Assembly (NCBI GenBank): GCA_903928565.1
Contig: CAIYRH010000007.1
Location: 14,139 to 78,138 of the forward strand
Reading direction: 5' to 3'
DNA length: 64,000 nt
Origin: Candidatus Staskawiczbacteria bacterium
GTDB taxonomy: Bacteria; Patescibacteriota; Minisyncoccia; Minisyncoccales; Staskawiczbacteraceae
Below the pieces are notes generated by a model. That model did not search any database and was not told the DNA's origin. It worked only from the letters and a program-made list of their open reading frames with translations. This document shows, in pieces, positions 50,488 through 60,264 of this stretch; the first letter of the stretch is position 1, and each line of letters opens with the position of its first letter. A program made the position numbers and the translations under genes.

Positions 50488-51960
50488 ATGATTATTCCAA
50501 AAGAGGTAAAAAATATAATTGGAAAGTTGGAAAAAGCTGGGTTTAAGGCATATATTGTGGGCGGGTGCGTGCGCGATTTTTTGCTTGCCCAGCGAAGCCT
50601 TGGCGAAGTTGGGCTGGCTCCACAAGATTGGGATGTTACAACTAACGCTAAACCAGAAGAAATTCAAAAAGTCTTTCCAGACAGCTTTTACGAGAACAAT
50701 TTTTTAACAGTTACTGCGCGTACAGGTTCAAAAGACCCAAAATTGGCAGAAATAGAAATTACAACTTATAGGTTTGAAGCAAAATATTCCGACAAGCGGC
50801 ACCCCGACGAGGTAAAATATGCAGACAAACTAGAAGAAGATTTAAGTCGTCGCGACTTTACTGTAAACGCCATTGCTATGGACGGGAAGAAGAAAATCAT
50901 TGATTTGTTTGAAGGCCAAAAAGATTTAGATAATAAAATTATTAGAACTGTTGGCAATGCAGATGAAAGGTTTAACGAAGACGCCTTAAGAATGTTGCGA
51001 GCCGTGCGGTTTGCTACAACTTTAGATTTTAAAATAGAAGAAAATACTGCAAAAGCAATTAAAAAAAATAGTATTTGGTTAGAGGCGGTTTCAAAAGAAA
51101 GAATTAGAGATGAATTTGTGAAAATAATTATGGCAGACAAAGCAGCTGATGGCATTGAATTGCTAAGAGAATTGGGTTTATTAAAATTTATTATTCCCGA
51201 GCTTTTAGAAAATTATGGAGTGGCTCAAAATAAACATCATATTTACGACTGCTATATGCACGCCATAAAAGCACTGGAATTTACGGCCAAGAAAAAATTG
51301 AATATGTATGTTAGAATTGCTTCCCTACTGCATGATGTTGGCAAGCCACGTTCTAAAGCTGGCGAAGGTGAAAGTGCAACTTTTTATAATCACGAAATTA
51401 TTGGTGCCCGAATGACCTTTCAAATTTTAAATAATTTAAAGTTTTCAAAAAAAGAAGTTGAAAAAATTACAAAGTTGGTTAGGTTTCACCTCTTCTATTA
51501 TAATGTAGATGAAGTTGGTGAGGCTTCAGTGCGCAGACTTGTTAAAAATGTTGGGCCGGAAAATATGGAAGAATTATTGCAAGTGCGCCAGGCCGACAGA
51601 ATTGGCAGCGGCGTGCCAAAAGCCGAACCTTATAAACTGAGGCACTTAAAATATCTGGTTGAAAAGGTTTCAAAAGATCCAATTTCTGTTAAAATGATAA
51701 AGATAAATGGGAATGACTTAATGACGGTTTTGGGGGTAAAGCCTGGGCCAAAAATTGGGCAAATTTTAGACATCCTATTGGGGTATGTTTTAGATGACCC
51801 TAAAAAAAATACAAAAGTATTTTTAGAAAAAGAAGCAAAAAAATTAGCTAACTTGTCAGAAATTGAATTACAAAAATTAGCCGAAAAATCTAAAGAAGAA
51901 AAGTTTGAAGTTCAAAATAAAGCCGACGAATCAGTAAAGCAGAAATATTGGGTGAAATAA
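50488..51960 (+). CDS. cca: CCA-adding enzyme / tRNA nucleotidyltransferase with an HD domain
   Basis: GGCVRDFLL...DWDVTT, RRDFTVNAIA, and HD motif LLHDVGKP. 490 aa. Contains an extra GC-rich segment encoding AQRSLGEVGLAP. Confidence 0.85.
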   Translation: MIIPKEVKNIIGKLEKAGFKAYIVGGCVRDFLLAQRSLGEVGLAPQDWDVTTNAKPEEIQKVFPDSFYENNFLTVTARTGSKDPKLAEIEITTYRFEAKYSDKRHPDEVKYADKLEEDLSRRDFTVNAIAMDGKKKIIDLFEGQKDLDNKIIRTVGNADERFNEDALRMLRAVRFATTLDFKIEENTAKAIKKNSIWLEAVSKERIRDEFVKIIMADKAADGIELLRELGLLKFIIPELLENYGVAQNKHHIYDCYMHAIKALEFTAKKKLNMYVRIASLLHDVGKPRSKAGEGESATFYNHEIIGARMTFQILNNLKFSKKEVEKITKLVRFHLFYYNVDEVGEASVRRLVKNVGPENMEELLQVRQADRIGSGVPKAEPYKLRHLKYLVEKVSKDPISVKMIKINGNDLMTVLGVKPGPKIGQILDILLGYVLDDPKKNTKVFLEKEAKKLANLSEIELQKLAEKSKEEKFEVQNKADESVKQKYWVK

Positions 51961-51966
51961 AAATTA

Positions 51967-52037
51967 CGGCGCATCGTATAGTGGTAGTATGCAGACTTCG
52001 GGAGTCTGCGGTCTCAGTTCGATTCTGAGTGCGCCGA
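51967..52037 (+). tRNA. tRNA-Pro (anticodon CGG)
   Basis: Acceptor CGGCGCA/TGCGCCG, anticodon arm CAGAC-TTCGGGA-GTCTG, T arm CTCAG-TTCGATT-CTGAG. The D-arm pairing is less regular. Confidence 0.75.
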
Positions 52038-52043
52038 ATTTAT

Positions 52044-52071
52044 TGAAAATTAAAAATTGAAAATTTAAAAT
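52044..52071 (+). repeat. Heptad stop-codon repeat in the tRNA-Pro/tRNA-Ala spacer
   Basis: tgaaaat taaaaat tgaaaat ttaaaat. Stops at 52044, 52051 and 52058 fall in three different frames. Same word family as the cassette-1 arms. Confidence 0.6.
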
Positions 52072-52100
52072 TCCACTTTTGCAAAAGCAAAATGTGGCTT

Positions 52101-52171
52101 GGGCCTGTAGTAAAGTGGTATTACGCCTCGTTCGCAACGAGGAAGCGGCAGTCCGATTCTGCCCAGGTCCA
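52101..52171 (+). tRNA. tRNA-Ala (anticodon CGC)
   Basis: GGGCCTG-TA-GTAA-AGTGGTA-TTAC-G-CCTCG-TTCGCAA-CGAGG-AAGC-GGCAG-TCCGATT-CTGCC-CAGGTCC-A. The G3:U70 identity pair is present. Confidence 0.85.
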
Positions 52172-52230
52172 CTATTCAATTTTTAAAGTAATTTTAATGA
52201 TTGATAAGTATAATTAATTAAAAATTAAGA

Positions 52231-52953
52231 ATGGCAATTGTTGAAATAAAAAATTTAGTGAAAAGATTTGATAAATTCGTTGCGGTTAACGATGTGTCTT
52301 TTGAAATACAGGAGGGCGAAACGCTGGGTCTTTTAGGGCCAAATGGGGCTGGCAAAACTACAACTATTCAGGCACTGCTTGATTTGGTTACGCCAACCAG
52401 TGGATCAATTAAAATTTTTGGTAAAGAGATTAGTGAAAATCGTTCTGAAATATTGGGGCAAATTAATTTCTCGTCACCTTATGTGGCGCTCCCGGGTAAT
52501 TTGAAAGTTTGGGAAAATCTTTCAATTTTTGCCGGGTTATATGGCATTAAAAACCCCAAACAAAAAATAGAAGAACTGGCTGAAATTTTTAAAATTAAAG
52601 ATTTGTTGCCCAAAATGACTTCTAACCTTTCTACTGGTCAAATGACTCGGCTTAACTTAACCAAGGCTATGTTAAACGATCCCAAATTATTATTATTAGA
52701 CGAGCCAACTTCATCTTTAGATCCCGACATTGCCGACAAATACAGAAAACTTCTTAAAAAAATTCAAAAAGAAAGAAATCTAACTATTCTTTATACGTCA
52801 CACAATATGTTAGAAATTGAAGAAATTTGCGACAGAGTAATATTTTTAAATAAGGGTAAAATTACAGATAATGGAACGCCACAACAATTAATAAAAAAAT
52901 ATGGTCGAAAAGATTTAAATGATGTTTTTTTGGCAATTGCCAGAGAGACATAA
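52231..52953 (+). CDS. ABC transporter ATP-binding protein
   Basis: Walker A GPNGAGKTT, signature LSTGQ, Walker B LLLLDEPTSSLD. Confidence 0.9.
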   Translation: MAIVEIKNLVKRFDKFVAVNDVSFEIQEGETLGLLGPNGAGKTTTIQALLDLVTPTSGSIKIFGKEISENRSEILGQINFSSPYVALPGNLKVWENLSIFAGLYGIKNPKQKIEELAEIFKIKDLLPKMTSNLSTGQMTRLNLTKAMLNDPKLLLLDEPTSSLDPDIADKYRKLLKKIQKERNLTILYTSHNMLEIEEICDRVIFLNKGKITDNGTPQQLIKKYGRKDLNDVFLAIARET

Positions 52954-52959
52954 AAATAT

Positions 52960-53754
52960 ATGAAATGGCATCGCATTAAAGCGTTAATGACTAGGCATTT
53001 GTATTTATACCAAAGAAGTATTCCAAGACTTATGGATATTTTCTTTTGGCCCACAATGACTCTACTTTTGTGGGGCTTTGTGAGTGAATATTTACAGCAA
53101 TCTAATTTCTCAGGAAGCGTAAACATTGTAACAGTGCTGTTGGGGGCAATAATTTTGTGGGAAATTTTATCTGAAGGGCAGCATTCTTTATCGGTGGCAT
53201 TTTTAGAAGATATTTGGGAAAGAAATTTATTAAATATTTTTGTAACGCCATTAAAAATCAGCGAATTCCTTGCTTCCACTGCCCTACTAGGGGTTATAAG
53301 AGTTTTCCTGGTTGGAATTGTAATGGGCGTTGTTGCGCTTTTTGCATATTCATTTAATTTATTTTCGCTTGGATTTTACATTATTCCATTTGCGTTTAAC
53401 TTAATCTTTTTTGGGTGGATTCTTGGGCTTATAATAACTGCCGTAATTTTGCGGTTTGGAACTTCGGCTCAAGTTCTGGCATTTGGTATAATGTTTTTAG
53501 TCCAACCATTTACAGCAGTATTTTACCCCGTTTCTATTCTGCCAAAATACATCCAGTATATTTCGTATGCCCTCCCCTCCACTTATGTTTTTGAGGGCCT
53601 AAGGGCAGTAGTAAATACGGGGCACTTTCTAAATTCCTATTTTTTAATTTCCGTGGGATTAAATATAATTTATTTAGCGCTGGCGTTGTGGTTTTTTTAT
53701 CGAATGTTTGCTAGAGTTAAGAAAAATGGCATGCTAACTAAATTAGATTCTTAA
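52960..53754 (+). CDS. ABC-2-type transporter permease
   Basis: 264 aa, six hydrophobic helices, immediately after the ATPase. Confidence 0.75.
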   Translation: MKWHRIKALMTRHLYLYQRSIPRLMDIFFWPTMTLLLWGFVSEYLQQSNFSGSVNIVTVLLGAIILWEILSEGQHSLSVAFLEDIWERNLLNIFVTPLKISEFLASTALLGVIRVFLVGIVMGVVALFAYSFNLFSLGFYIIPFAFNLIFFGWILGLIITAVILRFGTSAQVLAFGIMFLVQPFTAVFYPVSILPKYIQYISYALPSTYVFEGLRAVVNTGHFLNSYFLISVGLNIIYLALALWFFYRMFARVKKNGMLTKLDS

Positions 53755-53803
53755 TTGTCTAAAATAGCGCATCTCAATTAAAAGAGTATAATTAAATAAA
53801 GCT

Positions 53804-54154
53804 ATGAAAATAAAAAATATTCTAGGAATTATTTTGGTTGTTTTAGGAGTTGTTCTTGCCGTTTTGTCTATATTTGCCCCCATTGGAGAAGGCACGGGCT
53901 ATTTAATGATTTGGTTTGCAATTCCATTGTTCATTCTTGGGCTTTTGCTTTTAGTGAGCATTGTGGGTGCTGGTATATTTTTATCCGGTGAAATAGTATT
54001 ACTTTTAACTATTTTGACTCAGCCCACTTTCAATAAATCTACCGTCGATTTAGTAACTAGTCTGATATTTATTTCTTATGGCTTATTTGTTGCGGGCATT
54101 CTTTACGGAATAGTTGAGGGCATAATTAAGTTAATTAAAATTATTAAAAAGTAA
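53804..54154 (+). CDS. Small integral membrane protein
   Basis: 116 aa, four hydrophobic helices. Confidence 0.45.
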   Translation: MKIKNILGIILVVLGVVLAVLSIFAPIGEGTGYLMIWFAIPLFILGLLLLVSIVGAGIFLSGEIVLLLTILTQPTFNKSTVDLVTSLIFISYGLFVAGILYGIVEGIIKLIKIIKK

Positions 54155-54158
54155 AATT

Positions 54159-55112
54159 ATGGACAATCAAAACATTAGCGTAGAGCCAAAAAGAAATATT
54201 CCACGAGATTTATTTTTACATCTTTTGGCAATTGTCACTCTTTATTGGTCGGCAATTAGTTTTGTTGCACTGCTCTGGCAATTTATTAATTATTATTTTC
54301 CCAATGTGCTAGCTTCTTATTATTCTGTAAGTTATTCATTGGGGCTAATTCGTTTTGAGGTTTCTTCTTTATTTATTGTATTTCCCCTATTTGTAATTGT
54401 GTCTTGGTATTTAAATAAAATTTACAGAAGAGAAGCCGTTGTTAGAGAATCTAAAATTAGAAAATGGCTTTTATATTTAACTCTTTTTGTTGCGGCCTTA
54501 GTTGTTGTTGGCGACTTAGTGGCTGTAATAAATAATCTTTTAGGTGGCGACACAACTGCACGCTTTATTTTAAAAGCCTTGTCTGTATTACTGGTTGCCG
54601 GTTTTGTTTTTGGTTATTATTTTGACGACGTCAGACGCGAGACCCCTTCAAAACTTGGCAAGCCCTTTGCTTGGGTTGCTGGAGTTTTGGTGTTGGTGGT
54701 AATTGTCTGGTCGTTTTTTATAATTGGCTCACCCAATTCGGCAAGGTTAATTCAGTACGACCAACAAAGAGTGTCAGATTTACAGGGCATTCAATCTCAA
54801 ATTGTTAACTACTGGCAAAGTAAAGGTGCTCTTCCCCCAACCTTGGTCAATTTAAGTGATACAATTTCTGGTTACAACGCGCCGGTTGATCCGCAATCTA
54901 AGGTTAATTATGAATACAATATAAAAGACGTTACAAATTTATCTTTTGAATTGTGCGCCACATTTAGTAAGCCAACACAAAAAGACACAACAAGGGCTTT
55001 GTATCCTGTTGGAGCAGGCATTGACCAAAATTGGGACCACTCTGCCGGCACAGTTTGTTTTGCACGAACAATTGATAAACAACTTTACCCAATTTTTAGC
55101 AAAGTGAAGTAA
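54159..55112 (+). CDS. DUF5671-like membrane protein with a pilin-like C-terminal domain
   Basis: The N-terminal pattern PRDLFLHLLAIVTLYWSAISFVALLWQFINYYFP with 4-5 TM helices. The C-terminal segment ARLIQYDQQRVSDLQGIQSQIVNYWQSKGALPPTL resembles type IV pilin-like cores. Confidence 0.5.
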   Translation: MDNQNISVEPKRNIPRDLFLHLLAIVTLYWSAISFVALLWQFINYYFPNVLASYYSVSYSLGLIRFEVSSLFIVFPLFVIVSWYLNKIYRREAVVRESKIRKWLLYLTLFVAALVVVGDLVAVINNLLGGDTTARFILKALSVLLVAGFVFGYYFDDVRRETPSKLGKPFAWVAGVLVLVVIVWSFFIIGSPNSARLIQYDQQRVSDLQGIQSQIVNYWQSKGALPPTLVNLSDTISGYNAPVDPQSKVNYEYNIKDVTNLSFELCATFSKPTQKDTTRALYPVGAGIDQNWDHSAGTVCFARTIDKQLYPIFSKVK

Positions 55113-55136
55113 GTGTGTGTAACTCTGTGAATAAAG

Positions 55137-56039
55137 ATGGCAGAAGCTGTTGAAATTACTAGTGAAAAATATCCTAAAATTTTAAAAGTAGCACTTAAAG
55201 AGCTTCAGTTAAGTTTGGGTCCTAAAAAATTATATTACAGAGGAAATTGGGATGAAAAAATATTTGAAAACTGCTTAGCGGTGGTGGGCTCGCGCCGTTT
55301 AACCTATTATGGCAGAAAAGCAACCGAGCAAATAGTGACTCAAGCGGCTGCTTCAGGCATTACAATTGTTTCGGGTTTTATGTATGGTGGAGATGAGGCC
55401 GCTCATTCTGCGGCAGTAAAATGCGGTGGCAAAACCATTGCCGTTATGCCGTGCGGAATTGATTTAATACACCCACCAAGTCAAAAAAAATTATACCGAG
55501 AAATTTTAGACACAGGCGGGTTAATAATTTCTGAATACCCTGGCTTTACTCAACCACAAACTTTTACTTATATTCAACGCGACAGAATTGTAGCCGGACT
55601 TTCAAAAGCGGTTTTAGTTACAGAAGCTGCTTTAGAGTCTGGCTCTTTAATTACTGCAAGTTACGCCAAAAAGTTTGGCAGAAAAATCTTTGCAATTCCT
55701 GGCCCTATTACCAGTGAAGTTTCACAAGGCACAATGAAACTTATAAAAGAAGGAGCTGAGCCAATTGCTGATGCAAAAGACATTTTAGATTTTTTTAAAA
55801 TTACTCTAAAATTTTCCAAAAAAACCGCGCTTCCCGCCTCCGCCCTTTCGGAGCTTCGGCGAGGCAAGTGTTTCACTTTGGAAGAAAAAATTATTGACCA
55901 GCTGAAGCGCGAGCCGTTAAAAGCCGATGAAATGGCCAGACTTTTTGCGGTTCCCGTTGCTCAGCTTGGCACTGCCCTATCGCTAATGCAACTCAAGGGT
56001 TTTATAAATCAAGACAACGGAAAATATTATATCAACTAA
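55137..56039 (+). CDS. dprA: DNA processing protein DprA (Smf)
   Basis: AVVGSRRLTYYGRKATEQIV...GITIVSGFMYGGDEAAHSAAV...GGLIISEYP. Winged-helix C-terminus. Extra GC-rich segment ALPASALSELRRGKC. Confidence 0.85.
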   Translation: MAEAVEITSEKYPKILKVALKELQLSLGPKKLYYRGNWDEKIFENCLAVVGSRRLTYYGRKATEQIVTQAAASGITIVSGFMYGGDEAAHSAAVKCGGKTIAVMPCGIDLIHPPSQKKLYREILDTGGLIISEYPGFTQPQTFTYIQRDRIVAGLSKAVLVTEAALESGSLITASYAKKFGRKIFAIPGPITSEVSQGTMKLIKEGAEPIADAKDILDFFKITLKFSKKTALPASALSELRRGKCFTLEEKIIDQLKREPLKADEMARLFAVPVAQLGTALSLMQLKGFINQDNGKYYIN

Positions 56040-56074
56040 ATTAATTGTGATATAATTCAGAAATAAATTAAGTT

Positions 56075-57766
56075 ATGAATAAAGAATTAAAAAACTGTCA
56101 GAACTGTAAAAACGAGTTTGTAATAGAGCCCGACGATTTTGATTTCTACGAAAAAGTAAAAGTGCCAGCACCAACATTTTGCCCGCAATGCAGATTGCAA
56201 AGAAGGTGGGCTTGGCGTAATGAATGGAGACTTCTCAGAAAAAAAGATGTTCATGGAAAAGAAATTTTTTCTATTTTTCATGAAGACTCGCCAACTAAAA
56301 TAATGGATGTGGCAGAATGGTATTCCGACTCTTGGGATCCATTAAGTTATGGCAAAGATTACAATTTTTCAAAACCATTTTTTGAGCAATTTGAAGAACT
56401 CATGCATGAAGTTCCTGTTATGTCTAGGTCGCTTTCCAGGCCAGTGAATAGCGACTATTGTGCTAATGCCACGCAACCTAAAGATTGCTACTTAACATTT
56501 GGTTTGTCGTATGTAGAAAATTCAGCATATTCTATTTGGGGAGCAAAATCTAAAGATATTTTTGATTGCCACATGTATAACGATTCAGAACTTTGTTATG
56601 ATTCTGTTAATATTACTAAGTGCTATAAGGCATTATATTCGGTAGACTGCGAAGATTGCAATGACGTTATGTTTTGTAAAAATTGCGTTGGTTGTAACAA
56701 TTGTTTTGGGTGCGCAAATTTAAAAAATAAATCTTATTATATTTTTAATCAGGCATGCACTAAAGAAGAATATAATAATAAATTAAAAGAATTAAAAACA
56801 AACTTAAGAACTAACGTTGAGGCACTTCGTGAACAAAGTGCCAAACACTGGGCGCAATTTCCAAATAAATTTATGCACGGTCGGCACAATACAGACGTTT
56901 CTGGCGACTACATTCAAAACTCAAAAAATGCTAAAAATAGTTGGAGAATTGTAGAGGGTGAAAATGTAAAATACTGTCAAAATTTTACTTTAGGGCCTGC
57001 TAAGGATTCATACGACCATAGTAATTTTGGCGACAAAACCGAATTAATTTATGAATCGCTTGTTGTGGGTGATGGTGCATATAATGTTGCATTTTCTTCA
57101 CAGTGTTACCCTTCTGTCTCTAATTTACGCTACTGTTATTTTTGCCAAAATTCTTCATACTTATTTGGCTGTATTAGTTTGCGTAACAAACAGTATTGTA
57201 TTTTTAATAAACAATACACAAAAGAAGAATATGAAGAGTTGATTCCTAAAATTATTGAGCACATGAAGACAACCAGAGAATACGGAGAATTTTTCCCAAT
57301 GAATATAAGCCCCCTGGCCTATAACGAATCTTATGCTTATGAGCATTTTTCTTTAAAAAAAGAAGAAGCAGAAAAGTTAGGATTGGTTTGGCGAGACTTT
57401 TCAGAAAAGCATTTTAATATAACAATGAATGGTAGCAATTTGCCCGATGATATTAAAGATGTTGCCGAAACCATTACAAAAGAAATTGTAGGCTGTGCTC
57501 ATGCAGGAAATTGCGCGCATGAATGTGCCGGTGTTTTTAAAATTACAAAACAAGAATTACAATTTTATAAATTGCTAAATATTCCACTACCACGCATATG
57601 TCAAAATTGCAGGCACTACGCCAGATTTGCTTGGCGAAACCCCGCCCAACTTTGGCCAAGAAAATGTATGAAGCCCGGTTGCCAAAATGAATTTGAAACT
57701 TCTTACTCCCCCACTCGCGAAGAAATTATTTATTGCGAAAGTTGTTACAACGCTGAAGTAGCATAA
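56075..57766 (+). CDS. Cysteine-rich zinc-ribbon repeat protein, function unknown
   Basis: N- and C-terminal CxxC...CxxC ribbons, each followed by R(W/F)AWRN. Two internal CxxC-dense blocks end in Y(Y/C)IFN(Q/K)..TKEEY. 563 aa with no signal peptide. Confidence 0.5.
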   Translation: MNKELKNCQNCKNEFVIEPDDFDFYEKVKVPAPTFCPQCRLQRRWAWRNEWRLLRKKDVHGKEIFSIFHEDSPTKIMDVAEWYSDSWDPLSYGKDYNFSKPFFEQFEELMHEVPVMSRSLSRPVNSDYCANATQPKDCYLTFGLSYVENSAYSIWGAKSKDIFDCHMYNDSELCYDSVNITKCYKALYSVDCEDCNDVMFCKNCVGCNNCFGCANLKNKSYYIFNQACTKEEYNNKLKELKTNLRTNVEALREQSAKHWAQFPNKFMHGRHNTDVSGDYIQNSKNAKNSWRIVEGENVKYCQNFTLGPAKDSYDHSNFGDKTELIYESLVVGDGAYNVAFSSQCYPSVSNLRYCYFCQNSSYLFGCISLRNKQYCIFNKQYTKEEYEELIPKIIEHMKTTREYGEFFPMNISPLAYNESYAYEHFSLKKEEAEKLGLVWRDFSEKHFNITMNGSNLPDDIKDVAETITKEIVGCAHAGNCAHECAGVFKITKQELQFYKLLNIPLPRICQNCRHYARFAWRNPAQLWPRKCMKPGCQNEFETSYSPTREEIIYCESCYNAEVA

Positions 57767-57796
57767 AAAATTATTTTAAAATATAATTAATATATA

Positions 57797-57824
57797 ACCG
57801 CTTAGGCGGTAGCGCTTAAGCGGT
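57797..57824. repeat. Two adjacent copies of the 14-bp palindrome family (ACCGCTTAGGCGGT, AGCGCTTAAGCGGT) directly upstream of comM
   Basis: They end 12 nt before the comM ATG (57836). Confidence 0.8.
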
Positions 57825-57835
57825 ATGTAAAAAAT

Positions 57836-59383
57836 ATGCTTATTAAAGTGCCAAGTGTGGTGAATTTAGGTTTAGAAACAATAAAGGTTGATATTGAAAT
57901 TAACCTAGCCAATAAGGGTTTGCCCGGGTTTGAAATTGTGGGGCTGGCGGGCAAGGCGGTAGACGAAAGCAAAGAAAGAGTGCGAACAGCCATTTTAAGT
58001 AGCGACGTTGATTTCCCACAAAAGAAAATTACGGTGAACATGGCCCCCGCCGACGTGCCCAAAGAGGGCTCAATGTACGACCTGCCAATTGCCCTTGGAA
58101 TTTTAAGCAGTGTATTAGAATTTAAAATTCCAGAAAAATCTTTATTCTTAGGTGAACTGTCATTTGACGGTAGCTTGCGCCACACAAAGGGCGCTTTTTT
58201 AGCGGCACTTTTTGCAAAAGAATCGGGTTACACAAATTTATATGTTCCAAAAGATTCGGCCAATGAAGCCGCCGCCATTAAGGGAGTTAAAGTTTTTCCG
58301 GTTGAAGATATTGCTCAACTTTGTAGACATTTTTTGGGATTTCAAAAAGATGTTCCAGAAATTTTTCCCATTGTTTATAAACAATCTAAAAATGAAAACA
58401 ATGTAGTTGTTGAATTTGATATGAAAGAAGTTTTGGGCCAAGAACAAGCCAAAAGAGCAACAGAAATTGCCGCTGCCGGTGGGCATAATATTATAATGAT
58501 TGGCTCGCCAGGTTCGGGTAAAACAATGTTGGCGCGCGCGTTGCCTGGAATTTTGCCGCCGTTAAATGAGGCAGAAAGTTTGGAAGTAACAAAAATATTT
58601 TCGGCCTCGGGTGGAATTCCACCGGGTGGAAGTTTAATAACAACCCGTCAGTTTCGCTCGCCACATCATACGGCTTCACTTGCGGGTTTGGTTGGTGGTG
58701 GTAGTAAACCACAGCCAGGTGAAATTAGTTTGGCTCACCGCGGAGTTTTATTTTTAGATGAATTTAATGAATTCCCGCGCGCAATTATGGAGGCACTCCG
58801 CCAACCATTAGAAGACGGTTATTTAACAATTTCGCGAAGTAGGCAACGCATAACTTACCCGGCCGATTTTATGTTGGTGGCCAGTGCCAACCCCTGCCCT
58901 TGCGGGTATGCCTTGCACCCAAAAAGGAGTTGCAACTGTAGCCAAAATCAAATTCAAAAGTATCAGAAAAGAATTTCTGGGCCAATTTTAGACAGAATTG
59001 ATTTGCATATTTCTGTTATGCCTGTTGACGCAACAGAGTTTGAAGACAACCAAAAAAATTCAGAATTTTTGGAGCCCTCAGATAAAATACGGCAAAGAGT
59101 AATGCAGGCGCGGGCAAAACAAGAAGCTCGTTTTGGCGCAGAAACAATTTGCTCAAACAGCCAAATGAAAAATAGCCATATTAAAAAATATTGCAAACTA
59201 GCAAAAGATGTTGAGGCAATTTTACGGCAGGCAAGTTTAAAATTTAATTTGTCGGCTAGAAGCTACATGAAAATGATAAAGGTGGCGCGCACTATTGCCG
59301 ACTTAGCTGGAGAAGCAGAAATTTCTGTAAACCACATGGCCGAGGCTTTGCAATATTCACCAAAAAATTTCGAAACAGCATAA
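57836..59383 (+). CDS. comM: YifB/ComM-family Mg-chelatase-like AAA+ ATPase
   Basis: Lon-protease-like N-domain, Walker A IGSPGSGKTMLA, Walker B VLFLDEFNEF, and a C-terminal Mg_chelatase_C-like region. Confidence 0.9.
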   Translation: MLIKVPSVVNLGLETIKVDIEINLANKGLPGFEIVGLAGKAVDESKERVRTAILSSDVDFPQKKITVNMAPADVPKEGSMYDLPIALGILSSVLEFKIPEKSLFLGELSFDGSLRHTKGAFLAALFAKESGYTNLYVPKDSANEAAAIKGVKVFPVEDIAQLCRHFLGFQKDVPEIFPIVYKQSKNENNVVVEFDMKEVLGQEQAKRATEIAAAGGHNIIMIGSPGSGKTMLARALPGILPPLNEAESLEVTKIFSASGGIPPGGSLITTRQFRSPHHTASLAGLVGGGSKPQPGEISLAHRGVLFLDEFNEFPRAIMEALRQPLEDGYLTISRSRQRITYPADFMLVASANPCPCGYALHPKRSCNCSQNQIQKYQKRISGPILDRIDLHISVMPVDATEFEDNQKNSEFLEPSDKIRQRVMQARAKQEARFGAETICSNSQMKNSHIKKYCKLAKDVEAILRQASLKFNLSARSYMKMIKVARTIADLAGEAEISVNHMAEALQYSPKNFETA

Positions 59384-59533
59384 TCACTCAGGTATTTGCT
59401 TCAGAAACACAGCGTCGTTTGAAATCGCATTTTAAATTTATACAATTTCAAACGCGCTTGTAACTCAGCGCCCACAACGGGGCGCTTCCGTTACCGTTTC
59501 TTTCGCAAAAACCTTCGCTATTTATAAGTAAAC

Positions 59534-59559
59534 AAAAAAGGGGTTAGGCCCCTTTTTTT
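59534..59559. terminator. Bidirectional intrinsic terminator
   Basis: aaaaaa-GGGG-ttagg-CCCC-ttttttt. The stop codon of the 233-aa gene lies in the loop. Confidence 0.55.
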
Positions 59560-60245
59560 GTTTCTTCGGTTTCTGAGAAGTTTCCATCTTCAAACCTAAT
59601 CCCCTCTTGTGACTCGCCAAAAGGCGGGTCTTTTTTTGGCGCGTGAAGTTGCTTTTGAAGATAATTAATTTGAGACACTAACAACTGTTTTGTATTTCTT
59701 GCGTCGCCAATTACCTTTTCTATTATGCCCTGCATAAATTTTTCTCTTTCTATTAGTTCGTTATCTTTGGCCTTATAGTCGCCAAGCAGGGACTCGTATT
59801 TTTTAATCCAATCCTTTTTCTCGGCCCGGTCTTCTTTTAAGAGTTCTAAAAACTCTCGGTCAATGGCTACCTGATTATCCGCTAAGGCAGATTCGCTTAG
59901 GCGGTTAAGTTCGGCTTGCGAGGGTGCTTCTGGCGGGACCGCATAAGCGGTACCGCTTAAGCGGTCTGGGGTACCGCTTAAGCGGTTTTGGCTGTTTTCG
60001 TCGGACCGCTTAAGCGGTTCCGCATAAGCGGTTTCTTTGGCCACGGCGTCCAGTTCTTTTACCCAAAAATCTTCTTTCAAAAGAATGATATTTCCAACCC
60101 CTTTGTCGTGCCTTTCGCTTAAATTCCCCTCTAATTTTTGGGGTTCTACCAGTTTATACTTTCGAATTCTTCTTCTAATTCTAATGTCGGCAACATCATA
60201 TTTTTGAATAAATTCTTGTATGGTTAGGAAGTCATTATTGTTCAT
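59544..60245 (-). CDS. Hypothetical DNA-binding-like protein whose gene carries six copies of the 14-bp palindrome
   Basis: 233 aa. The N-terminus FLTIQEFIQKYDVADIRIRRRIRKY looks HTH-like. The central segment is encoded by the palindromes (PLKRS / NRLSGT / DRLSGT). Coiled-coil C-terminus. Confidence 0.5.
   Translation of the reverse strand: MNNNDFLTIQEFIQKYDVADIRIRRRIRKYKLVEPQKLEGNLSERHDKGVGNIILLKEDFWVKELDAVAKETAYAEPLKRSDENSQNRLSGTPDRLSGTAYAVPPEAPSQAELNRLSESALADNQVAIDREFLELLKEDRAEKKDWIKKYESLLGDYKAKDNELIEREKFMQGIIEKVIGDARNTKQLLVSQINYLQKQLHAPKKDPPFGESQEGIRFEDGNFSETEETKKGA
59892..60032. repeat. Intragenic array of six 14-bp palindromes (consensus ACCGCTTAAGCGGT)
   Basis: Copies start at 59892, 59938, 59952, 59973, 60005 and 60019. 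Layout from 59938: pair, 7 nt, single, 18 nt, pair. Confidence 0.85.
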
Positions 60246-60264
60246 TTTTTTGTTTTTTTTAGAG

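Noticed and set aside
50419-50667. N-terminal 83 codons of the 198-aa track ORF upstream of the GNAT domain
   Set aside because: They are antisense to the start of the well-supported cca gene, with hydrophobic low-complexity content. The GNAT fold is complete from the Met at 50418.
57802-58185. 127-aa minus-strand ORF at the comM 5' end
   Set aside because: It is antisense to the strongly supported ComM/YifB gene and has no motifs.
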